NCBI GenBank assembly: GCA_002633005.1
Contig: NMRA01000005.1
Coordinates: 193,613-256,823 of the forward strand
DNA length: 63,211 nucleotides
Reading direction: 5' to 3'
Origin: Phoronis australis
Taxonomy: Eukaryota > Animalia > Phoronida
Part shown: positions 12,881 to 25,254 of the stretch, one piece after another
Layout: the number at the start of each line of letters is the position of its first letter
Position numbering within the stretch: the first letter of the stretch is position 1
The notes under the pieces: model-generated
What the model was told of the DNA's origin: nothing
What the model saw: only the letters and a program-made list of their open reading frames with translations
The model's database searches: none
Made by a program: the position numbers and the translations under genes

Positions 12881-13185
12881 TTATGATCGACATATTTCCC
12901 GAATGATATATGGTAGTGCGTCGCAAGCTCGTTACCAGAAATGAAACTAAGACCTGGGTAGGCGATATAACGTCATTTATTATGACTAATACAATTACAA
13001 GTTGTGGGGAGTACACGGGAAAATGCGGTTTGGCTGTGTACGAGGTGGTTCGTATAGGCAAGAACATAAGAGATGATTCTTGACTAGCATACTGAAGACT
13101 GTCAACGAACGATGAGAACAACTCTCAATGCGGAGAAACAACTCATGCTACTGAAGCTACTAATAATACTTAAAATATAGTGAAA

Positions 13186-13188
<3 letters not shown>

Positions 13189-13253
<65 letters not shown>
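13189..13253. repeat. (AT)n microsatellite
   Basis: ~32 perfect AT units. Confidence 0.98.
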
Positions 13254-13255
<2 letters not shown>

Positions 13256-13544
13256 AGGGGGAAAGGGGGAGAGAGGGCGAGAGACCAGAGAAACACGAAA
13301 TAACCAATGAAGTAAATGAACAAATAAAGGATGCACTATGCTAATAAATAAAGAGTTCTAAGAATAGGAAGTATTACTCATCTCATGCGGAGAAAGTGGT
13401 GGTAAACAACAACAGTAAGTGATGTAATACGATGACTAAACTAAATGAACCAAAAACACATTCTGCGACATCCTTCCCCCACGCAATAGTTGAGGAATTA
13501 AAAACAACTAGTACTCAAAGACATGTACAATGAACAATGAAAAC

Positions 13545-14470
13545 CGGATCCCAGAGCTTTTTTGGGGATGAAAAGGTAACCAATTTTCTTTGGTGCCACA
13601 GTGCTCTGTGGGTTTCCTGATGCTTGGAAATGGCCGTCTGGCAGGTTCGCTCTGGTGGGTGTGGTCAGGAGAGCCAAGAGAATTACACTAAAAAATTGAG
13701 CTAGATCAACTTTTCTGGTAATTACCACTTAAAACTGCCTTCGATACCTGCTACGTCATCCATTGTATCAAAATTGGTCACTGCCAGACAATTTCAGTGG
13801 TGGGGAGTACACGCCAGACGAACATATACAGGGTACAAAAATTGAGCTAGATCAGTCCAAGAGGTAACCGCTTGAAATCAGTCGCAAAATATTCACCGTA
13901 AGCCCATTTATCACGAATGAACACTGCCAGACAAATCTAGTGGTGGGTTACTCCAGCCTGACACGCCCAAATACATGAATTGAGCTAGATCAACCTATCA
14001 GGTAACCGTTTGAAGCCAATTGCACGATGTTCAGCATCACTGATCATGGCACAACAGTTAGCTGCCAGACAATTTCAGTGGTGGGGTGCCCCTGCCAGAC
14101 GATTATCAAAAAGGGTTAAAAACTGAGCTAGATCAACCCAAGAGGTAACCGCCTAAAACCAGTTCCAAAATATTCACCGTAAGCCAAGGTATCACGAATA
14201 AACACTGCCAGACAAATCTAGTGGTGGGTTAGCCCAGCCAGACACGTCTAAATACATGAATAGAGCTAGATCAACCCAAGAGGTAACCGCATGAAATCAG
14301 TTGCAAAATATTCGCCGTAAGCCCAGGTATCAAGAACAAATACTGCCAGACAAATCTAGTGGTGAGTTATCCCCGCCAGACACGCCCATGTACCTGAGTT
14401 GAGCTAGATCAACCCACCAGGAAACCGTTTGAAACCAATCTCCCGATGTTCAGCATCATTCCACGTGGCA
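13545..14470 (-). repeat. ~121-bp-unit satellite-like element, inverted copy of 21508-22515
   Basis: gagctagatcaacc...ggtaaccg and ctgccagacaaatctagtggtggg recur every ~120 bp; whole block is the reverse complement of ~21610-22515. Confidence 0.9.
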
Positions 14471-14788
14471 AAACAATAAGATGCCTCCCTCAGACAAATA
14501 AAGAGTCGAAACAAAATTGATTATAAGCCCATTCACGCTGAATAAGCACCACAATCAGGAACCAGGCACTTCGATTTTCAATAGAGCCACTAAGTCTTTA
14601 CGACATAGGTCACCGCACAAGGTGAGATTTTTGTCTGCAAGTTTATGTCAGGGCATGAAAACCAGAAAAATCGCGCCTGAGGTTGCAGCGACCTCACAAG
14701 TCCATGCAAAAACAGCGGAATACGCCACATAATTCACTATTAAAAACAAAACCTAAAAACCCGTCGAAGACGGATAGCACATTGTGTT

Positions 14789-17149
14789 TACACGCGCAGA
14801 GTACTGTTGTTCCTGGGTTTTCTTCAATTTTATTACTCTGCGCGTGTAAGCGCTATTTTTTCTGATTAGTTAGGCTTATTGCGAAGTAAAGTAGGGTATT
14901 CAATTGGCATGTTGACTTACACCAGTGTGCTGAAATTGAAAAGAATTCCTTGAAAAACGTGAGACATATAATATTTTGAACGCTACATGACCTTTGCGCT
15001 AATTCACCTCATCCGGTGCATTTTAAGCATCTTTAGGAGAACTATTGCAAAGCCCATAAAAATGTGTTTAACGCTGAGAATCACAGTTGTCTAACGGTTG
15101 ACACATCAGAATACTTTCTGATTGAAAAGGTCAAAATTTCAGAAGAAAAATGCACCTAATGACCCCATGTTTGCACTAAATGACCTGAAACTTTGGATTG
15201 CGGTTTGATTTATCTTTGGCAATAAAACCTGTCAATTTGAAGTGTCTAGCTCAAAATTTTAGTTTGCACCTAATGACCTTTGACCTATTTCAGCTGATTG
15301 GATGACCCGATTACTTAGAAAAGTATTTTTTTAAATTGTGATGTCGACTTATACCTGTGCATCAAATTTGAAAAAGATAGCTCTAAAACTGAATGAGTAG
15401 CATTTTGAAAATTATATGACCTTTGCACCAAACGACCTCTTCCGGTGCAATATGGAATATGATTATATAACCAATCAAAATTTATATACTGTCAAAAGTC
15501 ATATGCTGAATTTAAAGACCGTACCTGCACCCAATTTGGAGTTATTAAGCCTCAACGTTGGTCGGAAGAAGAATAAGAAGAATAAGAACTAGAAAGATTA
15601 TTGTCACGGCCTGGAAATAATGGACTCTGCGCGTGCGTGTTACTGTACTTATGGGGAGTTACTGACAGCAACCCGTTTACCCATATGAAAAGGAATTCTT
15701 TGAAAGTGTAGAAGAAATTTCATATTAACATTTTCATGACCTTTCCACTAACTAACCTCTTCCGGTGTATTATGAGCTCCGATGAGGGAATAATTGTTAA
15801 CACAATTAGAAGTGTGGTTAATGCTAAAAGTCACATATGTTTTACTTTAAGCACTTCAGAATACAAGATGAATGAAGTGGTCAAAGTTTCAGAAGAAAAA
15901 TGCACCTAATGACCCCATGGGTGCACCAAATGACCTGGAAATTTAGAATTCAAACTCAATCGCACTTAGTAAACAGTTGCGTAATTCTGAAGTCTCTAGC
16001 TCAAAATTTTAGTTTGCACTCAATGACTTTTGACCTATATATTCTGATTGGTTAGGCCTATTGCAAAGTAAAGTAGGGTATTCAATTGGCATGTTGAGTT
16101 ACATCAGTGTGCTGAAATTGAAAATAATTCCTTGAAAAACGTGAGAAATATAACATGTTGAACGTTACATGACCTTTGCACTAATTGACCTTATCCGGTG
16201 CATTTTAAGTATCTTTAGGAGAATTATTGCAAAGCCCATGGAAAATGTGTTTAACGCTGAGAATCACAGTTGTCTAACGGTTGACTCATCAGAAAACTTG
16301 CTGATTGAAAAGGTCAAATTTTCAGAAGAAAAATGCACCTAATGACCCCATGTTTGCACTAAATGACCTGACACTTTGGATTCCGATTTGATTTACATGT
16401 GGCAATCAGACTTGTCAATTTGAAGTGTCTAGCTCAAAATTTTAGTTTGCACCTAATGACCTTTGACCTATTTCACCTGATTGGATGACCCGATTACTTA
16501 GAAAAGTAATTTTTTTAATTGTCATGTTGACTTATACCTGTGCACCGAATTTGAAAAAGATAGCTTTAAAACTAAAGGAGGAGTAGCATTTTGAAAATTA
16601 TATGACCTTTGCACTAAACAACCTCTTCCGGTGCAATATGGAATATGATTATATAACTAATCAAAATTTATATTCTGTCAAAAGTTATATGCTGAATTTA
16701 AAGACCGTACCTGCTCCCAATTTGGAGTTATTAAGCCTCAAAGTTGGTCGGAAGAAGAATAAGAAGAATAAGAATAAGAATAAGAATAAAATTGAAGAAA
16801 ACCCAGGAACAACAGGACTCTGCGCTTACACGCGCAGAGTAATAAGAATAAGAATAAGAATAAAATTGAAGAAAACCCAGGAACAACAGGACTCTGCGCT
16901 TACACGCGCAGAGTAATAAGAATAAAATTGAAGAAAACCCAGGAACAACAGCACTCTGCGCTTACACGCGCAGAGTAATAAAATTGAATAAAACCCAGGA
17001 ACAACAGTACTCTGCGCTTACACGCGCAGAGTAATAAGAATAAAATTGAAGAAAACCTAGGAACAAAGTACTCTGCGCTTACACGCGCAGAGTAATAAAA
17101 TTGAAGAAAACCCAGGAACAACAGTACTCTGCGCTTACACGCGCAGAGT
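14789..17149 (-). mobile_element. Nested/concatenated HINE (Helentron-associated, DINE-1-like): full copy 15588-17149 with six stacked heads, truncated body 14853-15587, inverted head fragment 14789-14852
   Basis: Reverse complement of the complete copy at 56018-57207; head palindrome actctgcgcttacacgcgcagagt x6; CTAG end at 15589-15592. Confidence 0.85.
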
Positions 17150-18349
17150 AACTAAGTTAGCAATAATTTTGAATCCGCTTCTGATTCAAACCGCGTCACA
17201 TGGCGTCGGACCGAACTCGGTAAACTTCGCCCGAGTGTCGCTGTTTGTGTAGATGACAGGATCGTGCATACGATAAGAGGAGGATGTTATTCATAAAGCA
17301 CGCGCGTGGTGGCTACAACAAAGGGTAAGAAGTGAGTCCAGAAGTGAATGTCTATACCTAAGCATAAAAGTCTAGCCCTAAGACCTAAGTAAGCTTCATG
17401 TTAATGTAAATAACAACGAGAGAAATCCCAAAAAGTAGTGCGGTGTGAATGCCTTAAACTCGGCTAAGAAACACAACAGCAGAAAAATTGAGATTTGTTA
17501 TTCTGCTATTTTTGGTTTAATTGCAACCATAGTACGGTAGAAGTGTAGGCATTTTCAAATTTTGATCGTCAAATTTGCAAATATGTTGTTCAACCAGTGT
17601 CCACTTTGATTGTTGGATGGATTGACATGCATGCGTGTACACGTTTGAACGTTTCTGTTCTTTTAAATTCGGTACATGCTGACAGTAAGTTCATTATAGT
17701 CAGTCCTCCGTCGTGCTAAAAGCCAAACCTTCAATTACTGTGTTTTCTTGCACTGGGAATACACCGTTGAGCATTTTCACGTTATGATGGAGGGGTAGGC
17801 ATAGACCTCAACTTTGGTCAATGAAAATCTTCTCTAGTCAATCAATGTCAATGGTGCACAACCCAACAGATTTCATACGAGCCACAAACTAGATGGAAAA
17901 GATTTCCAGGGTTCCATGTCACTATGACGAAGGTTCAATACTCCGAAGGTCCAGTACTCAGAATGCCCATTACTCCGAAGGTTCGTTATCTTCTAAAGAT
18001 CACTACTTTGAATTTCCACTATTCCAAGCTCTGGGCCCGTTCTCTAATCTTTGTACTCGAAACGAACTGGAAATTATTTTTGGCAATTTCTCTGCTCCTT
18101 TTGTGCGATATCAAGATAAGTGGTTATCAGATTGTGCTGGAATAATTATAGTTCATGCATATGAGTTTCTAGTCCAAGTTTGCACTTAAAAACCCTTACA
18201 TGCGTACTACAAACTCGAGTAAAAACTCGAAATTTCGAGTTTAAACTCAAACTTTTAGCTTTAATGTTGGTTTTGTCAACTGAAAAATATGACTAATCAA
18301 TCATCCACGTAAGTCATTATGTATTCGAGCATTGAGTAATGGACACTTA

Positions 18350-20343
18350 GGGAAAGTTACCGGTTCGGTACCAGTTATCATTATCGTACCACGTATTTTC
18401 CCGCCAAACTACGTATGCTTGGCAACCAAAAGAGTGATTACTTTTTGCGACCTCAAACGGCGATGACAGAAAACCAAGCAAAATGTCGAGCAGACAACCC
18501 GGTGAAAAACGGTGAGCATTTTCCACTTTTTTGACATGTTGATGTAAATTTTAGCTCCCATGAATAGTGTGATAAGACAACAACAAGTATAGCAAATGAG
18601 TGAACAGCGATGTGCCATCTGATAGCTCATTCTCATCTCTTTGTATGGTGTAATTTCTGGTTGCCAAATCGCATGCCAAATATTTTCAGCCCACGTATTT
18701 GAAAATAGGTCAGTGTCACGAGTGTCGTACCACTAGAGGTCACGGGTATGGTACCCGGGGTACGATACATGTAACCAAGAGGTACGATACAAAACGTGAT
18801 ACGTGTATGTAATGTGTTGTTTTTCTTGCGTTTTAGTACTATTTTTTTACTTTCAGGAAAATGTCATCGCCGTCGTCATGGACATCAGAGGATATGCAGA
18901 ACTGTCTCAAAGCTATAGATGAAGGATTGTGATTTAACGCTGCTTTTAAGCTATTTGGTATCCCAAAGCCCACTATTCGCCGTCACCGCATGGGTCTGAA
19001 GTACACGCAAAACATGCCAAGTTACGTGGAGGCCCAAAAGTTTTGCCTACAGAAATAGAAGCTGATTTGGTAGAACACATAAAAGGTCTTGACGATCTTT
19101 TTTTTGGTATCACGCCAAAAGATCTTATGAAACTTGCATATCAATTGGCAAAATCCCATGGCATCCATAAATTTAGCGAAACAAAACAGTCTGTCAATAA
19201 AACCTGGTACTACAGCTTTATGAGACGACATCCAGAACTCAGTCTGCGCACCCCAGAAGCTACATCTACTGGTCGCATGAAAGGTTTCAGCCGCCGAGCT
19301 GTTTCAGATTTCTTCCATAAATATTACGAGCTAATTGAATTACACGGATTTACTGCTGACAGAGTGTTTAATATGGAGGAAACTGGACATTCTACCGTGC
19401 AAAGGCCATCGAAAGTGATCTCAACGAAAGGGAAACGCCAAGTTGGAGCAGCAACAACCACTGAACGAGGAACAAATACTACTGGTGTCCACTGTCATTC
19501 TGCCATAATCCAATACATCCACCCCGATGCTCATCTTCAAGAGGAAACTGTGATTCCTTGACTGTTGATGCACCCACTGGTACAAGTTTTGCCTGCACTA
19601 ATTCAGGATGGATTGACGCTATAGTTTTCATTGAATAGCTTCGTCATTTTATCCGATCAGTGAATGCGTCAGTTGAAAACAAAGTCTTTCTACTCGAGGG
19701 ACATGCATCCCACACAAAAGACCTTGACGCCATTAAGCTAGCAGGGGAAAATGGTGTTTTCATTCTCTCCTTACCCAGTCACACAACGCACAGGCTCCAA
19801 CCCTTAGATGTTAGCTTTTTTAAGTCATAATTGTGATTCCGATGGAGACTCTGATTAACCTACATAAACCAGGCAATTTAAGTTTGTTACATAAGTATAG
19901 TTGACTGGTCCATTTTGTTGTCTTTAAGTGTTGGTTTGTTCGCACATATTTATAAGGACGTCTGTTAGCATTAGAGTCATACGGTAATGCTGTTTCTTGT
20001 AATATGTTTCTATGTGGCCAATAAAAGGTTTGACTGTTTGCACTGTTTCCTTGTTCATCTTTGCTTGGTGAAATACACGTAGTTATTAATGTAGTACCAC
20101 TGGTACGATTCTGATGTCTGACAGGTACGAATTACAAAACCGGTCATGTGAATCGTACTTTTATTGACTTTTCTACAACCGTGTTTTGCAGCTAAAACAT
20201 AATCATTATTCTTCTAAATCACATGTGCGGTTATACATGTGAAGCCACTTAAGGCTATGCCATAGCTCCCGATTCCGTGGCTAGTTCAGCGTGGCGTACA
20301 GAGGGGTGCATCCTTAAGTGGTACGAAACCAGTAACTTTCCCC
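18350..20343 (+). mobile_element. pogo/Tigger-like (Tc1/mariner superfamily) transposon
   Basis: TIRs gggaaagttaccggttcggtacca / tggtacgaaaccagtaactttccc; TA at left flank; encloses transposase pseudogene. Confidence 0.9.
18861..19830 (+). pseudogene. pogo/Tigger transposase (HTH_psq, CENP-B-type HTH, DDE_1), disrupted
   Basis: WTSEDMQNCL..FGIPKPTIRRH; WYYSFMRRHPELSLRTPEATS; VFNMEETG; KGKRQVG..T..ERG; PPMLIF; SGWI; LLEGHASH; LPSHTTHRLQPLDVSFFK; internal stops and frameshifts. Confidence 0.92.
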
Positions 20344-21507
20344 TTGAGTTCGCACAAAAGTAGATTAAAAATGCCAAACATTATTTCGAGTTCCATTTCG
20401 AGTAAAAAGATTCTAGACTGGGCCCAGAATTCCGACAGTTCACTATTTTGGTTGTGTGATCACGACTCATTCTCAAGCAGAGACAACATCTGGGGCACGG
20501 CTGCGGCGACCAACGGCGGTTTCAATATAAGAAGACTAAATGAGACTCCCCGACTTCATGAGGACTGGCAGGGACAGGGTGGCCTAATAACTTATAGTTT
20601 CGACCCGGCCGTGTGCGTCGCGCTGCGATTCGGTCTTGACATGAATTTTGATGAATTGTGTCATGGCTGATGATTCATCAGTATTCCTACTTCATATCAT
20701 TTTAAAATGCAAGTGCGTACTCATTTTAGGACATGCGGGCAATTTCGCAGGGGTGTGAATTCTGACTACCGTTTCCAGTTGTGCTGGCCAGCTGGAGACG
20801 GTGGTCACTGTTTACATAAAACCCAAAGTGTTTCAGTTAGTGCCCGGGCGTTGTTTTTGGTATAGGTGCATCTAATAGCCGAAATATCGTTTATTTTAGC
20901 ATGCAAAAGTTCAAAAATCACATCTGAGTCTGAAAGTTTAGATATGTTTGGAGCGGTGAATCTTCGGAGTGGTGAATCGGTGAAGTAGTGAACCTTCGGA
21001 ATAGTCAGTGAACCTTCCGAATAGTAAACTTTCGAAATAGTGGAATGTCCCCATTTCCAGCGATGTAAGCAACTTAAGTAACACGCTAAAATACAACCAG
21101 ATATACAATTTTGTTAAGTCATTCGCCAACTAGACTTCATATTTCCGTCTGAGTATGCAATAAGGTGTAATCAGTCATTTAAGCATGGCTGATTTGAAAC
21201 TTCGGCAGGAAATAACGCGAGAATGTTCTCTTTTTGGAACACATTATATCCTAACATGTGTCCCGTTCTTTGCAAGCAATCGTCACAGCATCCTCGTATC
21301 AGGTATTACAAATTCCGTCTCATCTCATGAACATGAATCGTCGTCGTGTATACAGATTTCCCTTCCCCCTAATTAAGCTGCGTCAAAGGCATCACCGAAA
21401 ACTCTACAGTGTCGACGTTTGCAAAATACCAAGATCCACCGTTCTTGAAATTCGAACCACCATGCTAGCTACATACCTGAACAGGATATTTGCTTTTGAG
21501 TAGAGAG

Positions 21508-22515
21508 ATAGGGGCGTCTAAAAAAGTCGCCCCTACTTCTGCACGCTACTGCCCCACCGCTAAAAATGTCTGTAAAGTATCTTTCGTTGCATGCAGAATG
21601 TTGCTCGACATTATGCAAATGGTTTCAAGCGGTTACCTGGCGGGTTGATCTAACTCAACTCAGGTACTTGGGCGTGTCTGGCGGGGATAACCCACCACTA
21701 GATTTGTCTGGCAGTATTTATTCTTAATACCTGGGCTTACGGCGAATATTTTGCAACTGGTTTTATGTGGTTACCTCTTGGGTTGATCTAGCTCAATTCA
21801 GGTATTTGGGTGTGTCTGGCGGGGCTAACCCACCACTAGATTTGTCTGGCAGTGGTCATTCGTGATACCTGGGCTTACGGTGAATATTTTGGAACTGGTT
21901 TTAAGCGGTTACCTCTTGGGTTGACCTAGCTCAATTTTTAACCCTTTTTGATAATCGTCTGGCAGGGGCAACCCACCACTGAAATTGTCTGGCAGCTAAC
22001 TGTTGTGCCATGATCAGTGATGCTGAACATCGTGCAATTGGCTTCAAACGGTTACCTGATAGGTTGATCTAGCTCAATTCATGTATTTGGGCGTGTCAGG
22101 CGGGAGTAACCCACCACTAGATTTGTCTGGCAGTGTTCATTCGTGATAAATGGGCTTACGGTGAATATTTTGCGACTGATTTCAAGCGGTTACCTCTTGG
22201 ACTGATCTAGCTCAATTTTTGTACCCTGTATATGTTCGTCTGGCGTGTACTCCCCACCACTAAAATTGTCTGGCAGTGACCAATTTTGATACAATGGATG
22301 ACGTAGCAGGTATCGAAGGCAGTTTTAAGTGGTAATTACCAGAAAAGTTGATCTAGCTCAATTTTTGAGTGTAATTCTCTTGGCTCTCCTGACCACACCC
22401 ACCAGAGCGAACCTGCCAGACGGCCATTTCCAAGCAGTCAGGATACCCACAGAGCACTGTGGCACCAAAGAAAATTGGTTACCTTTTCATGTCCAAAAAA
22501 GCTCTGGGATCCCGG
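21508..22515 (+). repeat. ~121-bp-unit satellite-like element (possibly rolling-circle derived)
   Basis: 7-8 units; begins with hairpin taggggcg-tctaaaaaagt-cgccccta. Confidence 0.85.
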
Positions 22516-22712
22516 TCTAATGCTAGAATTAACACGTGGTAAGGAGTGTCGGCTGGCAAAGCGACGGAAGGGTAGAATAAATGATGTGACAGTTAAGTCA
22601 GAGACCAACTCCAGATGTATCGCTCGAGTAATTGCACACGTAAAAAAACATGCGCCGTAGGTTGTGTTGTTGCTGTCAACTCGAAGGCTATAATAAACAC
22701 AAATGTATTAGT

Positions 22713-23808
22713 TCCAAGTTCGGTCGTCGTTTGCTTTTGCTTACGAGTTAGTCAACATGCCACGCTGTTGCTGCGTACTGGGGTGTACTCGTTATCGTCT
22801 CACGTACAGAGGAAAAACTGTCCCACTTGCCCGAGTGTACCGCGACACACTCCCACTGAAGGGTGGTATGAGCACCCAAACTGTTTACAACCCGACGTGT
22901 GACTCCCTCGCCACACACCTGGCACCTTCCAAATAGCTCCACAATAAACTTATCAAACTTAGGCTCACCGATCTGTTCATTGGATGACGAACTGTCCTCT
23001 TCACTGGGTGTCGAAGTGGGCATGTATTCACTCCCACTACTCAACATCGCTGCAGGGGTGCTTACAGGCTCTGGGCGAGAGACAACAGCACAGAGCGAAT
23101 CACTGCTAATTCCCGGAATTACACGCAATGGGGTACGTTCGGAGGCACGGGTGACAGTAGATGAAGTGCCTCCAGTCACTGTATAAGTGACCACAGCTCG
23201 CGAGACTTCTCGCTTCAAAAACGCACTTCTCGGGGTTGACGACGGGGCACTGCCGGGAATCAACAGCAATGGTATGGTACCCTTCTTCAGGCGTTGTTTC
23301 GCAAGGACCTTCATCAATTCCGCGTACATATTTGTCATAGTCTGACGGCAGAAAATGCTTGCCACACACTCGGTAACCTGCTCTACTGCTTTGTACGTTG
23401 CGTGGACGGGTAGCGCTGCGTTCTTCACATGAACGAGCCAAGTACGGCGAAGTGTGTCATCCTTTGGAAAGCGATGCAAGGTACCCAAAGCGCGTGTGAA
23501 ACGATAATGAGTACATCCCGGCACGGAGCAACAGCGTGGCATGTTGACTGACTTGTAAACAAAAGCAAACGACGACCCAACTTATCACAACCGAGGTAGA
23601 ACAATGACTGACTCGACAGCTCTCACAGTCAGACTATAATGAAAAGAAATTGGCGCGAAACTCTTGCCTCCCAAAACGTCACTTCCGGGGTAGAGGACGA
23701 GAAATTAATCAAATTACGAAAAGCTGTAATTAAGTGAAAAATGTGTCTGGGATAATCAACGAAACTTATTTTTGCTAAAAATGACATGAAAAAATGTTGC
23801 TTTCGCCT
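22713..23808 (-). mobile_element. Kolobok-type THAP transposon derivative, copy 1 (left end truncated)
   Basis: Right end ttcgcct-TTAA; minus strand MPRCCSVPGC...LHRFPKD...W...(YRVCGKHF in shifted frame)...LKKGTIP, then KFIVELFGRCQVC...C...H...WDS. Confidence 0.8.
22748..23542 (-). pseudogene. THAP zinc finger plus N-terminal part of Kolobok-like transposase; frameshifted, no DDE core
   Basis: C2CH THAP motif split across ORFs 22748..23542 and 23106..23441. Confidence 0.8.
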
Positions 23809-23939
23809 TTAAGAACAGTCCTATGAAGGAAATTCTTCGCTACAGACCAGAACTTTTGTGTATTTTTGTGCTCATTAGGGGGTTCATGATATTCGATGAC
23901 TTCATGACGTAACTATTTCTTGAGTTGCGACAGCGCCCT

Positions 23940-24190
23940 CTGTCCTGTCTGTTCGACTACTACGTCTGTTTGGCAGTACCAACATGTTCATTCGACGACT
24001 AACCTGTCTGTTTGTTTAACTGACATGTTTGTTCGACAAGTTACCTGTCTGTTTTGCGCAACTGACTTGTTCGTTGGTTGAATAACCTGTCTGTTTGTCA
24101 AAATTTAAGTAAACAACCTGTTTGCCAAAATTGAACCAGATAACCTGTCTGTTTGAAAACTAACTTGTTCATTCAACAGTGTTGTCTATT
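23940..24190. repeat. Degenerate short-unit tandem repeat (acctgtctgtttg core)
   Basis: Core motif recurs ~6 times. Confidence 0.6.
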
Positions 24191-25254
24191 TCATTGAACC
24201 TTTTCGCTGACCATGAAAAGCGTGCCTAACAAGTTTAATTGAGTGTAATTCTAGCCTATATATCGCGATAGTGGAAATTTCTTGATTTTTACACTCCAGG
24301 AGAATGGTACATAAAAGTGTTCCGTAGTTAGTTGTGAAATTATGAATTGAGGGACTAATACTTTAATATGCCGGTGTCTAGTCAATGGACCTTATACTTA
24401 ATGTTGTTCTCATGTCGCACGTTTGGTGTTGTTGTTTCATTTTCAGGTCTAAAATTTGCTTACAAATTCCCCGAAAACCCTCTTTCAAATAGTCAGCACT
24501 ACTAAAACACTAGGTTGCGGCCACGGGACATTTCTAGTCCCTAGAATTTATGTAAAAGGCGTGTGTAAGGTTTGGCGACTGTTTTAACTGTGGAATGGGT
24601 TGAAAATAATTTCAAGGAAACTGAGTTACTTGTGCTTTTGAATGAGAAAAGCCAAGTTTCTTAGCCGTGACCTACTTTTGATACAAAATGGTGGCTGTCA
24701 TTTGCTTTTCCCTGTCACCTGCTGTGTAAGCTAGACACTGCGATTTCAGGTGGCTCTCAAACATTTACTTTGGTGTGCCGGCGTCAGCAGCCAAAACCCT
24801 GCAGTGCATCCCCTAACCTGCAACGGTCTGCCATCTTGAATTAATCACCATGACAACATGTATATAATTACTATATTTTATGCCTTCACCAGTTCCCCAT
24901 TTTAGTGTGACAAATATGCTTCTGAATTATTGTACCAACTGGCAATTGCTTAATTTTATTTATATACTCATTTAATTTTGACGGTGGCCATTTTGAATTA
25001 TGAGTTACCATAGCAACACATTTTAAAGGAGAAAATTATATTTGTCAATTGAATCGTGCTCTGGTGTGTTTAGTTTCAGCTCTTTTAAAAATTAAAAAAA
25101 TTCTTCCTTTTTCTAATCACAAATCTCTTTCATTTACAGCCTTGTATGTTGGTGGCCATCGGCAATGCAAATTTTCATTGAATGGTGGCCGTCTTGGCCA
25201 AATTGCCGCAATTACATAATAGTCGGTATTTTTTCTAATTTTTGATTAATTTTT

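Larger units (their letters stand above)
18031..20427. mobile_element. PIF/Harbinger-like MITE with ~80-bp imperfect TIRs
   Basis: ctgggcccgttctctaatctttgtactcgaaac... vs ...tttcgagtaaaaagattctagactgggcccag; CWG-GGCCC ends. Confidence 0.65.
17910..21052. mobile_element. Non-autonomous DNA transposon with GG..CC ends, 16-bp subterminal repeats and 8-bp TSD (Merlin/MULE/foldback-like); host of nested inserts
   Basis: TSD atttccag at 17902-17909 and 21053-21060; left cactattccgaaggtt-like repeats are inverted against right aaccttcggaatagt repeats. Confidence 0.7.

Noticed and set aside
16780-17149. CRISPR-like array of palindromic repeats
   Set aside because: Intervening sequences are near-identical rather than unique spacers; it is the HINE head; no cas genes; eukaryotic context
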